From an uncultured bacterium (GTDB lineage Bacteria > Caldisericota > Caldisericia > JAAYUI01): DNA of 64,000 bases. Under the pieces are notes generated by a model. It was given only the letters and a program-made list of their open reading frames with translations. It did not search any database and was not told the DNA's origin. Where the stretch lies: assembly GCA_965370295.1 (NCBI GenBank), contig CBDUSO010000005.1, positions 7,580 to 71,579 of the forward strand, written 5' to 3'. Below, one piece after another: positions 1-9,491 of the stretch (position 1 is the first letter of the stretch; each line of letters begins with the position of its first letter). The position numbers and the translations under genes were made by a program.

Positions 1-1590
1 GTGTTGTTGATTGGTGTAGTGTCCGCATGTGGACCAGCTGATGATGTTGTCGTTGATGATGAAATAACAACTGAACCGGAAACAGTATTGGGCGGAGTAT
101 TCAGATTCCCTCTTGCTCAGCCTGTGCCAACTATCGACCCTGCTCAGCTGAAAGACACAACAAGTCACGAAGTTGGAAAGCAGATTTTTGAAGGACTTGT
201 CACATATGACATCGACCTGAATATCATCCCTTCACTTGCAAAGTCATGGGATATTTCAGAGGATGGAACGATCTACACATTCCATCTCAGAGAAGTCAAT
301 TTTAACGATGGAACCTCATTTACAGCAGATGATGTAAAGTGGAGTTTCGAGAGAGTTCTCGACCCGGCAACAAAATCACCAAGAAAATGGATACTCGAAG
401 ATATTTCTGGTGCAAAAGATTACACTGATGGAATTGAATCAGAAGTAAACGGTATTGTAATCATTGATGAAAATACCATAATGATTACAATCAATGAGAT
501 TTCACCAGTGTTTATCCACAAACTGACTTACAGCTCTGCCTGGATTGTAAACAGAGATTCAGTCGAAGACAATGGTGATTTATGGTATGAGGAAAATCCT
601 ATTGGAACTGGTCCGTTCATCCTTTCAGAATGGATGAGAAATCAGAAACTTGTCCTGCTCCCAAATCCTGATTATTGGGGTGACAAGGCAAAAATTGATC
701 GTCTTGAGTATTATGTCCACACTGAGGATACAATTCGTCAGCAGGAGTATGAAGCAGGAAACATCGATTACAACGTGATTGCCGATGCTGATTTTGACCG
801 CATCAAAAACGATGAAATCCTGTTTGCTGATCTTCAAAAAATTGAACAGCTTGGTATCCAGTATATTGGCTTCAGAACAAATGTTGCACCATTCGACAAT
901 ATGAAATTCAGACAGGCATTCTGTTATGCGGTTGATAGGAATCGAATCATTGATGAAATCTACAACAACAGATTCAAACTGGCAACCGGTATCATTCCAT
1001 CTGCAATGCCAAATTTCTCAAGTGAAACCGATGCATACCCATATGACCCAGTCATGGCAAAAAACCTTTTGGAAGAAGCAGTTGCAGAGGGTCTTGAAGT
1101 TCCCGACACGATAACATTTGCCTACAACAAAGGAACCGCAACACACAAAAATGTTGCGGAATTCATACAAAATCAGATCCAAAACAACCTTGGAATCGAA
1201 TTAATTTTGGAAGAATACGAATGGGCAACTTACCTAGAAAAGATCGATAATGGTGAATTCCCAGTATTTAGACTTGGTTGGCTTGCAGATTATCCTGATC
1301 CAGACAACTTTCTTTGGGTTCTTTTGGATTCTGCGAATGCCGGTCGAAATGGTGGAGCTTCGTTCTACAGCAATCCCGATTTTGATGCACTTGTCAGAGA
1401 AGCAAAAACTCTAACCGATAACGCTGCCAGAATGGGACTCTATGCAAAAGCAGAAAAAATCGCCATGGATGAAGCTGTATGGATGCCAATCAACTTCCAG
1501 ACAAATTGGTATGTACTAAAATCAAACATAAAGGGACTTCGAATCACAGCAATGGGTACACTTCCACACAACTACGTTGAAATCCACTAG
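1..1590 (+). CDS. ABC transporter substrate-binding protein, family 5 (oligopeptide/dipeptide OppA/DppA-like); 5' end truncated by window edge, lipobox-like VSACG near N-terminus
   Basis: Long ORF. Family-5 SBP-like composition and length (~530 aa). Followed by two Opp/Dpp-type permease genes. Confidence 0.75.
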   Translation: MLLIGVVSACGPADDVVVDDEITTEPETVLGGVFRFPLAQPVPTIDPAQLKDTTSHEVGKQIFEGLVTYDIDLNIIPSLAKSWDISEDGTIYTFHLREVNFNDGTSFTADDVKWSFERVLDPATKSPRKWILEDISGAKDYTDGIESEVNGIVIIDENTIMITINEISPVFIHKLTYSSAWIVNRDSVEDNGDLWYEENPIGTGPFILSEWMRNQKLVLLPNPDYWGDKAKIDRLEYYVHTEDTIRQQEYEAGNIDYNVIADADFDRIKNDEILFADLQKIEQLGIQYIGFRTNVAPFDNMKFRQAFCYAVDRNRIIDEIYNNRFKLATGIIPSAMPNFSSETDAYPYDPVMAKNLLEEAVAEGLEVPDTITFAYNKGTATHKNVAEFIQNQIQNNLGIELILEEYEWATYLEKIDNGEFPVFRLGWLADYPDPDNFLWVLLDSANAGRNGGASFYSNPDFDALVREAKTLTDNAARMGLYAKAEKIAMDEAVWMPINFQTNWYVLKSNIKGLRITAMGTLPHNYVEIH

Positions 1591-1621
1591 AATTATCATC
1601 AAGAAAGGTATGAAAAATAAA

Positions 1622-1662
1622 AGCAGGAGATACGCTTAAGACAAGCTGACTCCTGCTTTTTT
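1622..1662 (+). terminator. Intra-operon hairpin plus T-tract (AGCAGGAG...CTCCTGCT TTTTTT) between SBP gene and first permease; likely attenuator that raises the SBP:permease expression ratio
   Basis: 8-bp GC-rich inverted repeat followed by T6, 5 nt before the oppB-like start. Confidence 0.5.
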
Positions 1663-1666
1663 AATT

Positions 1667-2605
1667 ATGCTACAATATATAATAAAAAGAATTGTTCAAC
1701 TGATACCTGTCATTATTGGAATAACATTTATTACGTTCATGTTATTCTTGGTTGTTCCGGGTGATCCTGTCAGAGTTTCACTCGGGCAACATCCTGACCC
1801 AGTTCTTCAGGAAAAAATAAGACATGAGTTGGGGATGGATCTACCCTGGCCTTTGAGATATGGAAAATATCTCTCGAGTGCTGTTCGTGGTGATCTTGGA
1901 ACTTCGCTTGATGTAAGTCATAGACCCGTGGCAGAAATGATTGGAGACGCATTCCCTGCAACACTAAAATTGGCAACATCAGCTATGATATTTGCAATAT
2001 TCATCGGGATACCAACTGGTATTATTTCTGCCACCAAACAGTATTCACTGGCGGACAACTCATTCATGTTCATGGCATTACTGGGCGTATCCACGCCAAT
2101 ATTTGTGTTAGGGCTGATACTTCAATTAATATTTGTTCGGTGGCTGGGCATGATACCTGGTGTTGGATATGGCACAGGAGGGTGGGATACCTTCCACCAT
2201 TTAATCTTGCCAACGATCGCACTTGGAACTATCCCGCTTGCAATGATCTCAAGAATGACAAGGTCGACACTTCTTGAACAGATGAAGTCTGACCACGTGA
2301 GAACAGCTCGGGCAAAAGGTGTGAGGGAGAGAGTTGTTATTTACAAACACGCCTTAAGAAACGCACTGATACCAATTGTAACGGTTATTGGTAATTATTT
2401 TGCAATGTTGATGGCGGGTGCAATAATCACAGAAAAGGTGTTCAGTTGGCCCGGACTTGGAACAACCATAATAACAGCAATAGAGAAACGTGATATGCCT
2501 GTTGTGATGGGGGTTGTCCTTGTTATGGCTTTAGTGTTTGTGGTCACAAACCTTATTGTTGATATTTCGTATGCGTATATCGATCCAAGAGTCAGGTTGA
2601 AGTAA
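1667..2605 (+). CDS. oppB: Oligopeptide/dipeptide ABC transporter permease (OppB/DppB family)
   Basis: 312 aa, polytopic. BPD-transporter permease motifs; the C-terminal tail is typical of OppB/DppB. Confidence 0.8.
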   Translation: MLQYIIKRIVQLIPVIIGITFITFMLFLVVPGDPVRVSLGQHPDPVLQEKIRHELGMDLPWPLRYGKYLSSAVRGDLGTSLDVSHRPVAEMIGDAFPATLKLATSAMIFAIFIGIPTGIISATKQYSLADNSFMFMALLGVSTPIFVLGLILQLIFVRWLGMIPGVGYGTGGWDTFHHLILPTIALGTIPLAMISRMTRSTLLEQMKSDHVRTARAKGVRERVVIYKHALRNALIPIVTVIGNYFAMLMAGAIITEKVFSWPGLGTTIITAIEKRDMPVVMGVVLVMALVFVVTNLIVDISYAYIDPRVRLK

Positions 2606-2606
2606 A

Positions 2607-3926
2607 ATGGCTGAAAAAAAATTCAACACCAATTTTATGCGTCGACTCTTCAAACACAAATTGTCTGTGATCGGTTTGACAATCATTCTTTTGATGATTG
2701 TTGTTTCATTGTTTGCAGGTGTGATTGCTCCTGATCCATACTCAATGAATCTTGATGCAAAGCTGATTCCCCCCATGAAAGAAATTCATGCTGCAAAATC
2801 AAAAACTGAATTTTTAACCAAAGAATATATCTATGAGGTATCCAAGTCTGAAGAATCATTTTCCAAAGAAGTCGGATTAAAATCTGAAACTGTTTTATTT
2901 GAAAAAATTGGTGTTGCTCTGGATGTAAGATTATCTGATGGTTCGAGAGCTGTTGTTCCGACAAACAGTGGGACTCTTCAGCCCGGAACAACTGTAGTCG
3001 GTGAATCGGATGAGTGGAATACATTCAGATCAAACAGATCTGTGGATATTCTAAAAAGCAGATTCCAATATGCACCAAAAGGAAAACATACCAAGTCCAC
3101 CAAAGAGGTGGTAGCAGGAGATATGGTTGATGTTGAGTGGGAAGATGCTGGAATTGCATATATTGTTGTTGACAGTGAAACAGGAAATAAGCGATTACAT
3201 GCAGAGGGCCAGGCTGATCTAACCCCCACCGAGATTGAGATTGGACCAATGAAAAGACCTCTACTTGGAACAGACAGTGCGGGTCGAGATATTGCTCAGA
3301 GGTTGATTCATGGAGCAAGAATCTCTCTGTATGTCGGTGTTGTTGTCATATTTATCTCTCTTTTGATAGGAATAACATTGGGTGCACTCGCTGGATTTTA
3401 TGGTGGATTGACTGATTCTGTTATCTCAAGATTCACAGATATTATGTTTGCATTCCCCGGTTTGCTGTTTGCGATAGCTGTCATGGCTGTTTTGGGACGA
3501 GACTTGGTTAACGTGTTTATTGCATTGGGATTGGTTGGTTGGCCACCGATTGTTAGAATTATTCGTGGTGAAATAATTGCGTTAAAAGAGTCAGAATTCG
3601 TAGAGGCTGCAAAGTCCATGGGTGCAAGGAATTCACGAATAATCATTAAACACCTCTTGCCAAACACCCTTGCACCGATCATTGTTTACTCATCGCTGGG
3701 AATTGCTGGTGCAATTATGTCGGAAGCCGGATTATCATTTCTGGGAATTGGTGTGAGACCGCCGATGCCATCCTGGGGTTCGATGATAAATGAAGGGTTT
3801 CAACATGCACTTGCCTCACCACATGTCTGGCTTGTACCAGGAGTTCTGATTGCAATAGTTGTGTTGGCATTCAACTTCCTTGGAGATGGACTTCGAGACG
3901 CCCTGGACCCAAAACTGAAAATATGA
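2607..3926 (+). CDS. oppC: Oligopeptide/dipeptide ABC transporter permease (OppC/DppC family) with ~140-aa insertion in the first periplasmic loop
   Basis: OppC_N-like N-terminus and TM1. LLGTDSAGRDIAQRL motif appears only at ~residue 220 (normally ~80-100). Conserved permease core downstream. Confidence 0.8.
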   Translation: MAEKKFNTNFMRRLFKHKLSVIGLTIILLMIVVSLFAGVIAPDPYSMNLDAKLIPPMKEIHAAKSKTEFLTKEYIYEVSKSEESFSKEVGLKSETVLFEKIGVALDVRLSDGSRAVVPTNSGTLQPGTTVVGESDEWNTFRSNRSVDILKSRFQYAPKGKHTKSTKEVVAGDMVDVEWEDAGIAYIVVDSETGNKRLHAEGQADLTPTEIEIGPMKRPLLGTDSAGRDIAQRLIHGARISLYVGVVVIFISLLIGITLGALAGFYGGLTDSVISRFTDIMFAFPGLLFAIAVMAVLGRDLVNVFIALGLVGWPPIVRIIRGEIIALKESEFVEAAKSMGARNSRIIIKHLLPNTLAPIIVYSSLGIAGAIMSEAGLSFLGIGVRPPMPSWGSMINEGFQHALASPHVWLVPGVLIAIVVLAFNFLGDGLRDALDPKLKI

Positions 3927-3994
3927 TGAACTTTCAACTTGACAGTCTTTTATTGATGCATAGAATAACTGAAAGGTAAGGGGGTTTAAATACG

Positions 3995-4510
3995 ATGCTA
4001 GTACCTCTTGATATACAACACAAGACGTTTAAGAGCGGTGTTTCTGGTTACAACAAGCAGGAAGTCCAGGAATTTCTCTCTCAGGTCGAAAAAGATTTTT
4101 CACAGCTTTATCGTGATAACAAAGAGCTTCAGGAAAAAGTCGAGCGATTATCTGAGGAAGTTGACAGATACCGCTCAACGGGACGACAGCTTGAACAAGC
4201 CCTGACCCTTGCTCAGAAAACTGCTGAGGATGTAAAAAATACCGCAAGGCACGAGGCAGAGCTGATAGTCAGTGTTGCAATATCCAAGGCAGAGCAACAG
4301 ACAAATGAAACTCGCCAGTTGATGCGTTCCATTACTGGAGCATATCTTGAATTCAAGAGTGAATTCCGAGCCTACTTAACAACATTTCTCAATCTTCTTG
4401 ATAACATGGATGTCTCACTTGTTGAGAAAACAAAAGAATCAAAAGCCAGATTTGAAAATATTCCTGAAATATCCGCTGAACAGCAATCGGAAGAAATTGG
4501 CGAATCCTAG
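3995..4510 (+). CDS. divIVA: DivIVA domain protein (cell-division/polar scaffold)
   Basis: N-terminus MLVPLDIQHKTFKSGVSGYNKQEVQEFLSQV matches the DivIVA lipid-binding N-domain. Coiled-coil remainder. GGGGG RBS. Confidence 0.8.
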   Translation: MLVPLDIQHKTFKSGVSGYNKQEVQEFLSQVEKDFSQLYRDNKELQEKVERLSEEVDRYRSTGRQLEQALTLAQKTAEDVKNTARHEAELIVSVAISKAEQQTNETRQLMRSITGAYLEFKSEFRAYLTTFLNLLDNMDVSLVEKTKESKARFENIPEISAEQQSEEIGES

Positions 4511-4540
4511 GATTTGTTAAAAAAATTGAACTAACCGAAT

Positions 4541-5020
4541 ATGAAAATTTCAAAACAACTCTTCTTAAGGTTGAGTATATCTTTTGCAGTGATAATATTT
4601 TTGGACCAGATTTCCAAGGTTCTTGTTTCAGTTTCTTTGAAATTGGGACAGAGTAAGCCGTTTATTCCAGGTGTAATTTCAATTGTAAAGGTTCATAACT
4701 ACGGAACAATCTGGGGTTTAGCCCAGGGTGGAAATATGATTTTTGCGATGCTTGCCGTAGTTGTGGTCGTTATGATAATCATATTTCTTCCAAAAATTGT
4801 GAAAGACAAGTGGAGTAGTATAGCGATTGGAATGATTCTTGGTGGTGCGGTTGGGAATCTGCTCGATCGTTTTACAAGAGGTTTTGTGGTCGATTTTATC
4901 CATTTAGATTTTTTTGATTTCCCTGTTTTCAATATTGCGGATATGGGTATAGTCATCTCTGCTTTAATTTTGGTTGTTGTCATGTTGGTCAGTGAAACAA
5001 AACAAGAAGCTTCCAAGTAG
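4541..5020 (+). CDS. lspA: Lipoprotein signal peptidase II
   Basis: 159 aa, 4 TM. Conserved VHNYG..WG and FNIAD motifs of LspA. Confidence 0.8.
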   Translation: MKISKQLFLRLSISFAVIIFLDQISKVLVSVSLKLGQSKPFIPGVISIVKVHNYGTIWGLAQGGNMIFAMLAVVVVVMIIIFLPKIVKDKWSSIAIGMILGGAVGNLLDRFTRGFVVDFIHLDFFDFPVFNIADMGIVISALILVVVMLVSETKQEASK

Positions 5021-5209
5021 TAAAATATCACCGCAATTTAATATTGTTTAGTCGTAGAAGGTGAATCAAAAAAGGAGAGGATTTAGGTTTGGGAGTGCTT
5101 TTTGCGACCGATGTGGTCTTAGATGAGACCCGCTACCTCTCCGCGAGCAGGTAACAACTAATATACAAATAAATCCTAGTTTGTCAATATTGTAAATATT
5201 AAACTAGAT

Positions 5210-6352
5210 TTAGTTAAGTATGCTGTTGTTCTCAAAGCTGTTGAATGCAAACAGATTCACTTCGAAGTAGGATTTATCACCCTTCATTGACAGTTTCACT
5301 GGGTATGTTTCCAAGTTACCATCAATTATCACCCAGAGCGTGACATCAAATGTTTCGTTGTCGCTATCTGTATACTTTGTTGAGTATGAAGAGCAACTGT
5401 ATCCTGACTGGTTTCCGATTGAATCTCCAAGCTTCATACCTTCAGTGCTTGAGATTTCATATCCAATATCATCAAGAAGAGAAAGCGAATCTTTGATCAT
5501 GCTGTCCAGTTCACTCATTTCTGATGCGTCGACATTTGAATATTCGGAGCTTGATTCATCAAATTTGCGGTACATACTACCACTATATTTGTATTTTCCA
5601 GCGGTAGATTCCATTTCATATGAAAACGGCAACATAAGAACTGTGCCAGAGTATGAACTGGAAATCTCATTTGCAGAACTTCCAACTAATATTTCCATTT
5701 TGAAAGAAACTAGATTTTTAAGGGATGAAACCAGGCTTTGCCCCTCGCCAACAACAGGTTCGATTTCAAAGTATTCAATAGTTTCACCTTTGGAAAGATT
5801 GTATGCCCTGGTGTATAGCTTGTAGCCGTCAGCAGTAATTGTGACTTTTTTTAATCCCGGTCTGAGGTATTTGATTTCAAAATTCCCCTCTTCATCTGTT
5901 GTTGCTGTTTTCCCATCAATTTCAATAACTGCATTGCTGATGAGTTTTTTGTAATCATTCTGGGGTTTTTTATTTTCTTCCCTCTGTGCAACCAGTCCAT
6001 GAATCCATGTCTTAACGATTGGCTCAACGGGAAGATCGTACTCCAACACACCATCCTCAACGGTGATCGGTTTGATGAATCTCTTGTAGTCCAGCTTATC
6101 ATCATCTGTCTCGATGCGATATCTTCCTGGTTCTACAGATATTGAATAGTAGCCATTTTTATCTGGTGTGACCTCAATGGCAGGTTTTCTCATATTGCCA
6201 AGGTCCTTCAGTATAATGGTAATATCGGTTATAGGATCACCGTAAACATTATCGTACACCCTTCCTTCGATACCCTGTGAAACTCCACAGGCAAGCACAA
6301 TAACAGCTGTCAGCAGAACCACAACAGTCAACGCGAGCATTCTTTTCATCAT
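5210..6352 (-). CDS. Hypothetical lipoprotein with carboxypeptidase-regulatory-like (beta-sandwich) N-terminal domain
   Basis: Start chosen at MMKRM (GGAGG RBS). Signal peptide with lipobox LAC. GRVYD..GDPITD..PGRYRIE resembles the CarbopepD_reg fold. Ser/Tyr/Glu-rich C-half. Confidence 0.5.
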   Translation of the reverse strand: MMKRMLALTVVVLLTAVIVLACGVSQGIEGRVYDNVYGDPITDITIILKDLGNMRKPAIEVTPDKNGYYSISVEPGRYRIETDDDKLDYKRFIKPITVEDGVLEYDLPVEPIVKTWIHGLVAQREENKKPQNDYKKLISNAVIEIDGKTATTDEEGNFEIKYLRPGLKKVTITADGYKLYTRAYNLSKGETIEYFEIEPVVGEGQSLVSSLKNLVSFKMEILVGSSANEISSSYSGTVLMLPFSYEMESTAGKYKYSGSMYRKFDESSSEYSNVDASEMSELDSMIKDSLSLLDDIGYEISSTEGMKLGDSIGNQSGYSCSSYSTKYTDSDNETFDVTLWVIIDGNLETYPVKLSMKGDKSYFEVNLFAFNSFENNSILN

Positions 6353-6471
6353 ATCTAACCTCCAAGTATAAACCAATATTAGCAAGGGTTGTCTAACATT
6401 CAACAGTACAATACAAAACCTTGAGTTGTTTCATTGAATGACTAGTATTTGTCGTTGGCAAATATGTTAAT

Positions 6472-6547
6472 GGGGCAGTAGCTCATCTGGCAGAGTGCAT
6501 CCTTCGCAAGGATGAGGTAGGGAGTTCGAGTCTCCTCTGCTCCACCA
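6472..6547 (+). tRNA. tRNA-Ala (anticodon CGC), CCA encoded
   Basis: Cloverleaf readable: acceptor GGGGCAG/CTGCTCC with diagnostic G3:U70 pair; anticodon loop TTCGCAA; T-arm GGTTCGAGTCC-like. Confidence 0.85.
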
Positions 6548-6566
6548 AAAAAAAATAGTCTGTGGG

Positions 6567-7025
6567 TTATTTTTTGTAATTTGCGATAATTACCATTATG
6601 CCAACAAAAACTAGTAGTGCCGGCCAGAAATATCGCCAAATCTTATCAAGATGCAACCAGCCAAATGAAACCGAAAGTGCGATTATGCCTAAGATAACAA
6701 GTATGATTCCGGCAGTATACGACATGTTAGTTCTCATAACTACGGGGTTATTCATCTGGGATTCTGAGTGTAGTTTGTCGTTATCATCGGAATCTGACTC
6801 AAACACATCCCCTGCCTTTTGTTTGCTGGTCGAAGATGTGTTTACAGGTTTTTCCGGGATAATAAAGATCGCAACTATATAGGCGAGTATTCCAACTCCA
6901 CCAAGAAAAACACAGATAACAAGAACAACCCGAACTAGGGTGGGATCAACATTTAGATAGTTGGCAATACCACCGCAAACACCAGAAATAATCCTGTCTG
7001 TTCTCGATTTGTATAGCCTTTTCAA
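6567..7025 (-). CDS. PspC domain-containing membrane protein
   Basis: N-terminal RIISGVCGGIANYLNVDPTLVRVVLVI is the PspC domain signature. Followed by TM segments. Confidence 0.7.
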   Translation of the reverse strand: MKRLYKSRTDRIISGVCGGIANYLNVDPTLVRVVLVICVFLGGVGILAYIVAIFIIPEKPVNTSSTSKQKAGDVFESDSDDNDKLHSESQMNNPVVMRTNMSYTAGIILVILGIIALSVSFGWLHLDKIWRYFWPALLVFVGIMVIIANYKK

Positions 7026-7031
7026 TAGATG

Positions 7032-7592
7032 CTAACTCCTCTTTGTGGCTCGTGTAATCAGGTGAATGAAGAGGTAAATAATGTATGCACCAAAAATCAT
7101 AATGAATGGCCAGAGAAGGATATGGATGAGTGCAGAAGAAACCTCCCAGTTCATTGGGGTAGCACCCTTATCTCTGAAGTACCACGTGGCAACTCCATTG
7201 AAGATTAGAACTTGAATGATTGCAGCAAGATAGAAGAAAAATATCTTTCCAATTGTGACAGAGATTGCAGAAACATTTTGAATCTTTAGTCTGTTGATGG
7301 TTCCGGTTTGATGTTCGTTGGTAAATGAAACTGGACCCAGATTCATCATGTAGAGGGATGAGGCAAAGATTACGAAATAAATCATGTAGTTTGGAAGTGC
7401 AGGTAAATAGCCCGTTGCATCAAAGAAGGAAAACATACCCTCTTTCAGGTAAGTACCTTGGAAGATTGCGAGCGTCACAAGGGCAACTATGATACCCAAA
7501 AAGATAAGGAAGAGAGAACGATTTTTGAACAGAATCTTGAAGTCTTTACCGGTTACAACCAGCCAGCTTGTTAGTGCATTTTTACCCATCAT
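7032..7592 (-). CDS. Polytopic membrane protein, probable permease partner of adjacent ABC ATPase (ABC-2-like)
   Basis: 186 aa, 4-5 predicted TM. 7-nt spacing to PspC gene and 14 nt to upstream ATPase gene, so an operon is likely. Confidence 0.4.
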   Translation of the reverse strand: MMGKNALTSWLVVTGKDFKILFKNRSLFLIFLGIIVALVTLAIFQGTYLKEGMFSFFDATGYLPALPNYMIYFVIFASSLYMMNLGPVSFTNEHQTGTINRLKIQNVSAISVTIGKIFFFYLAAIIQVLIFNGVATWYFRDKGATPMNWEVSSALIHILLWPFIMIFGAYIIYLFIHLITRATKRS

Positions 7593-7605
7593 ATCGCTCC
7601 TATCC

Positions 7606-8559
7606 TCAATCTCTCAACTCGCGACCGGCAAGTTTGTAAAAAACGTTTTCAAGGCTACCTTCGCTCAAACGAATATTTTTTACAGGAATACCAGAATCAC
7701 CGAGAGCCTCAAGGATAATTGAAAGTACCTCGGTTGTGGATTCAAGTTTGATGAGAAGTGTTGAGCCAAATTTTTCAAGACTCTCAATTGGTACAGAGCA
7801 GAAGAGTTGTTTTCTGATTACATCGGTTGGAATATTTTCAAGACCGTCCGCCTCAAGCTCGATCTGGTTTTGTTCACCAAAACAGTTCAGAATATTTTCA
7901 AGATAATCCAGGGCAAGTAATGTTCCCTTGTGCATTATGCCAACTTTTCTGCAGACACTTATGATTTCTCGGGTGTAGGTGGTTGTGATGATGATGGTTT
8001 TGCCTCTGTTTGAGAGAAGATTTAGACCATCTGTGATTATCCTTGCGGATCTGTCGTCGAGTCCTTCAGTTGGTGACTCAAGCATGATGATGCGGGGATC
8101 GGATAACATTGATATTGCAACTGAAAGTCTCTTTGCGTATGAATAGGGCAGTCGTTGGATTGGGATATGGGCTTCTGGTGTGAGCTCGAACAGGTCAAGA
8201 GCCTCCAGCATTATTTCGTTCAAACGACGTTTTTTTACGGTGTTGAAACTTCCAAAAAATTTGAGATTGTCGTGGGCGTTAAAGTCGGGGTAGAGTGCTT
8301 GGGTTTGAGGAACGAGAGAGATGAGTTTTCGAGCCTTGGCACCTGACAAGCCATACATATCAATACCCGAAATAGAAACACTGCCCTCGGATGGCTTAAG
8401 GATGCCGGCAAGAGTGTTTATCAGAGTGGTTTTTCCAGAACCCGCGGGACCAAGAATTCCAAAGCTCTCACCATCTGCGATCTCAAAGTTGAGATTTTCA
8501 AGAACCTTTGTGTTGCCGAAGCTCTTTGTCAGGTTTTTTACTTTAACCAGTGCGTCCAT
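7606..8559 (-). CDS. ABC transporter ATP-binding protein
   Basis: Walker A GPAGSGKTT, ABC signature and Walker B regions present. 317 aa with C-terminal extension. Confidence 0.8.
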   Translation of the reverse strand: MDALVKVKNLTKSFGNTKVLENLNFEIADGESFGILGPAGSGKTTLINTLAGILKPSEGSVSISGIDMYGLSGAKARKLISLVPQTQALYPDFNAHDNLKFFGSFNTVKKRRLNEIMLEALDLFELTPEAHIPIQRLPYSYAKRLSVAISMLSDPRIIMLESPTEGLDDRSARIITDGLNLLSNRGKTIIITTTYTREIISVCRKVGIMHKGTLLALDYLENILNCFGEQNQIELEADGLENIPTDVIRKQLFCSVPIESLEKFGSTLLIKLESTTEVLSIILEALGDSGIPVKNIRLSEGSLENVFYKLAGRELRD

Positions 8560-8570
8560 ATGTTAGCCCC

Positions 8571-9368
8571 CTACATTCCGGTGGGAACGGAGATAAATTG
8601 AGTCTCAATTCCAAGCCTTTTTGTTATTTCATCACCAACTAGTTTTATTCCAACGGTTTCAGTAGCCCAGTGTCCGGCGGATATTACGTTGATTTTGTGT
8701 TCCTTTGCGGTGTGGAAATCAGAGTGTCCAACCTCGCCCGTAACGAGAAGGTCAAGGTTCAGTTTCTTGGCATCTTCAATCGCGAATGCACCGCCACCAG
8801 AAACGATTCCAACGGTTTGAATGTCATCACATCCAAAATCCCAAAGCAAAGGATTGCAACTTGGCAGACTTTCACTGAGTCCAAGTGCAATCTCGTTGAT
8901 ACCCTTTTTATTTTTTATTTGACCGTACAGACCAATTGGTGAGCCGTGATAATCAGAGAACCCATGTCGATTATCGATCCCAACGATGTCTGCAAGACCG
9001 GCATTATTTCCAAATTTCGGGTGTCTGTCGATTGGGATGTGGCATGACCAGAGCGAGATGTTGTTTCTAATCAGGTAAGAAACCCTGCCACCCATCAGCC
9101 CGATAATCCTGTGTTCACCGCCACTCCAGTAGAGACCGTGGTGGGTGATGACCATCTGACAACCATTTTCTTTTGCAAGCTCGAACGTAGAGAGACAGGA
9201 ATCAACGGCAACTCCAACCTTTGTCACTGTTGTACCCGCATCAACTTGAAGACCATTCAAGGATTTATCCATCGGGTCAGCTGAATCTATCAGGAGTTTA
9301 TCCAGAAAGTTTGCAACTTCAATCGCAGTGCATTTGCTCTTAGTTTCTCCAATATCCACAATCATCAC
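8571..9368 (-). CDS. Nif3-family dinuclear metal centre protein (GTP cyclohydrolase 1 type 2 homolog)
   Basis: 265 aa. Conserved HH..YW and GE.GHSD metal-binding segments typical of NIF3/YqfO. Confidence 0.7.
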   Translation of the reverse strand: MMIVDIGETKSKCTAIEVANFLDKLLIDSADPMDKSLNGLQVDAGTTVTKVGVAVDSCLSTFELAKENGCQMVITHHGLYWSGGEHRIIGLMGGRVSYLIRNNISLWSCHIPIDRHPKFGNNAGLADIVGIDNRHGFSDYHGSPIGLYGQIKNKKGINEIALGLSESLPSCNPLLWDFGCDDIQTVGIVSGGGAFAIEDAKKLNLDLLVTGEVGHSDFHTAKEHKINVISAGHWATETVGIKLVGDEITKRLGIETQFISVPTGM

Positions 9369-9435
9369 AAACCATTTTATTGTTTAATAAGCAATATGTC
9401 AAATGCTATTTCATTTTAGCACAATTGAATAAGAC

Positions 9436-9464
9436 TTGACAAAAATACTCTATGTGTAAAAATG
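9436..9464 (+). promoter_or_regulatory. Candidate sigma70-type promoter (TTGACA, ~16-17 nt, A/T-rich -10 preceded by TGTG)
   Basis: TTGACA hexamer 50 nt upstream of the tlpA-like start; -10 is imperfect. Confidence 0.3.
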
Positions 9465-9491
9465 CTAAAATATCAGGAAAGGAAGTGAAAT

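Noticed and set aside
2683-3682. Several antisense ORFs of 80-113 aa inside oppC (for example 2683-3024, 3025-3318, 3398-3682 on the minus strand).
   Set aside because: They lie fully within a well-supported permease gene, have no RBS and low-complexity translations, so they are shadow ORFs. The same reasoning applies to the many other 60-130 aa antisense ORFs in the track.
5040-5160. Long-range inverted repeat (GGAGAGG ... CCTCTCC, ~55-nt loop) between convergent lspA and the lipoprotein gene; considered as a possible ncRNA or riboswitch.
   Set aside because: No recognisable riboswitch core and no flanking promoter or terminator. Most simply a weak convergent-gene terminator region.
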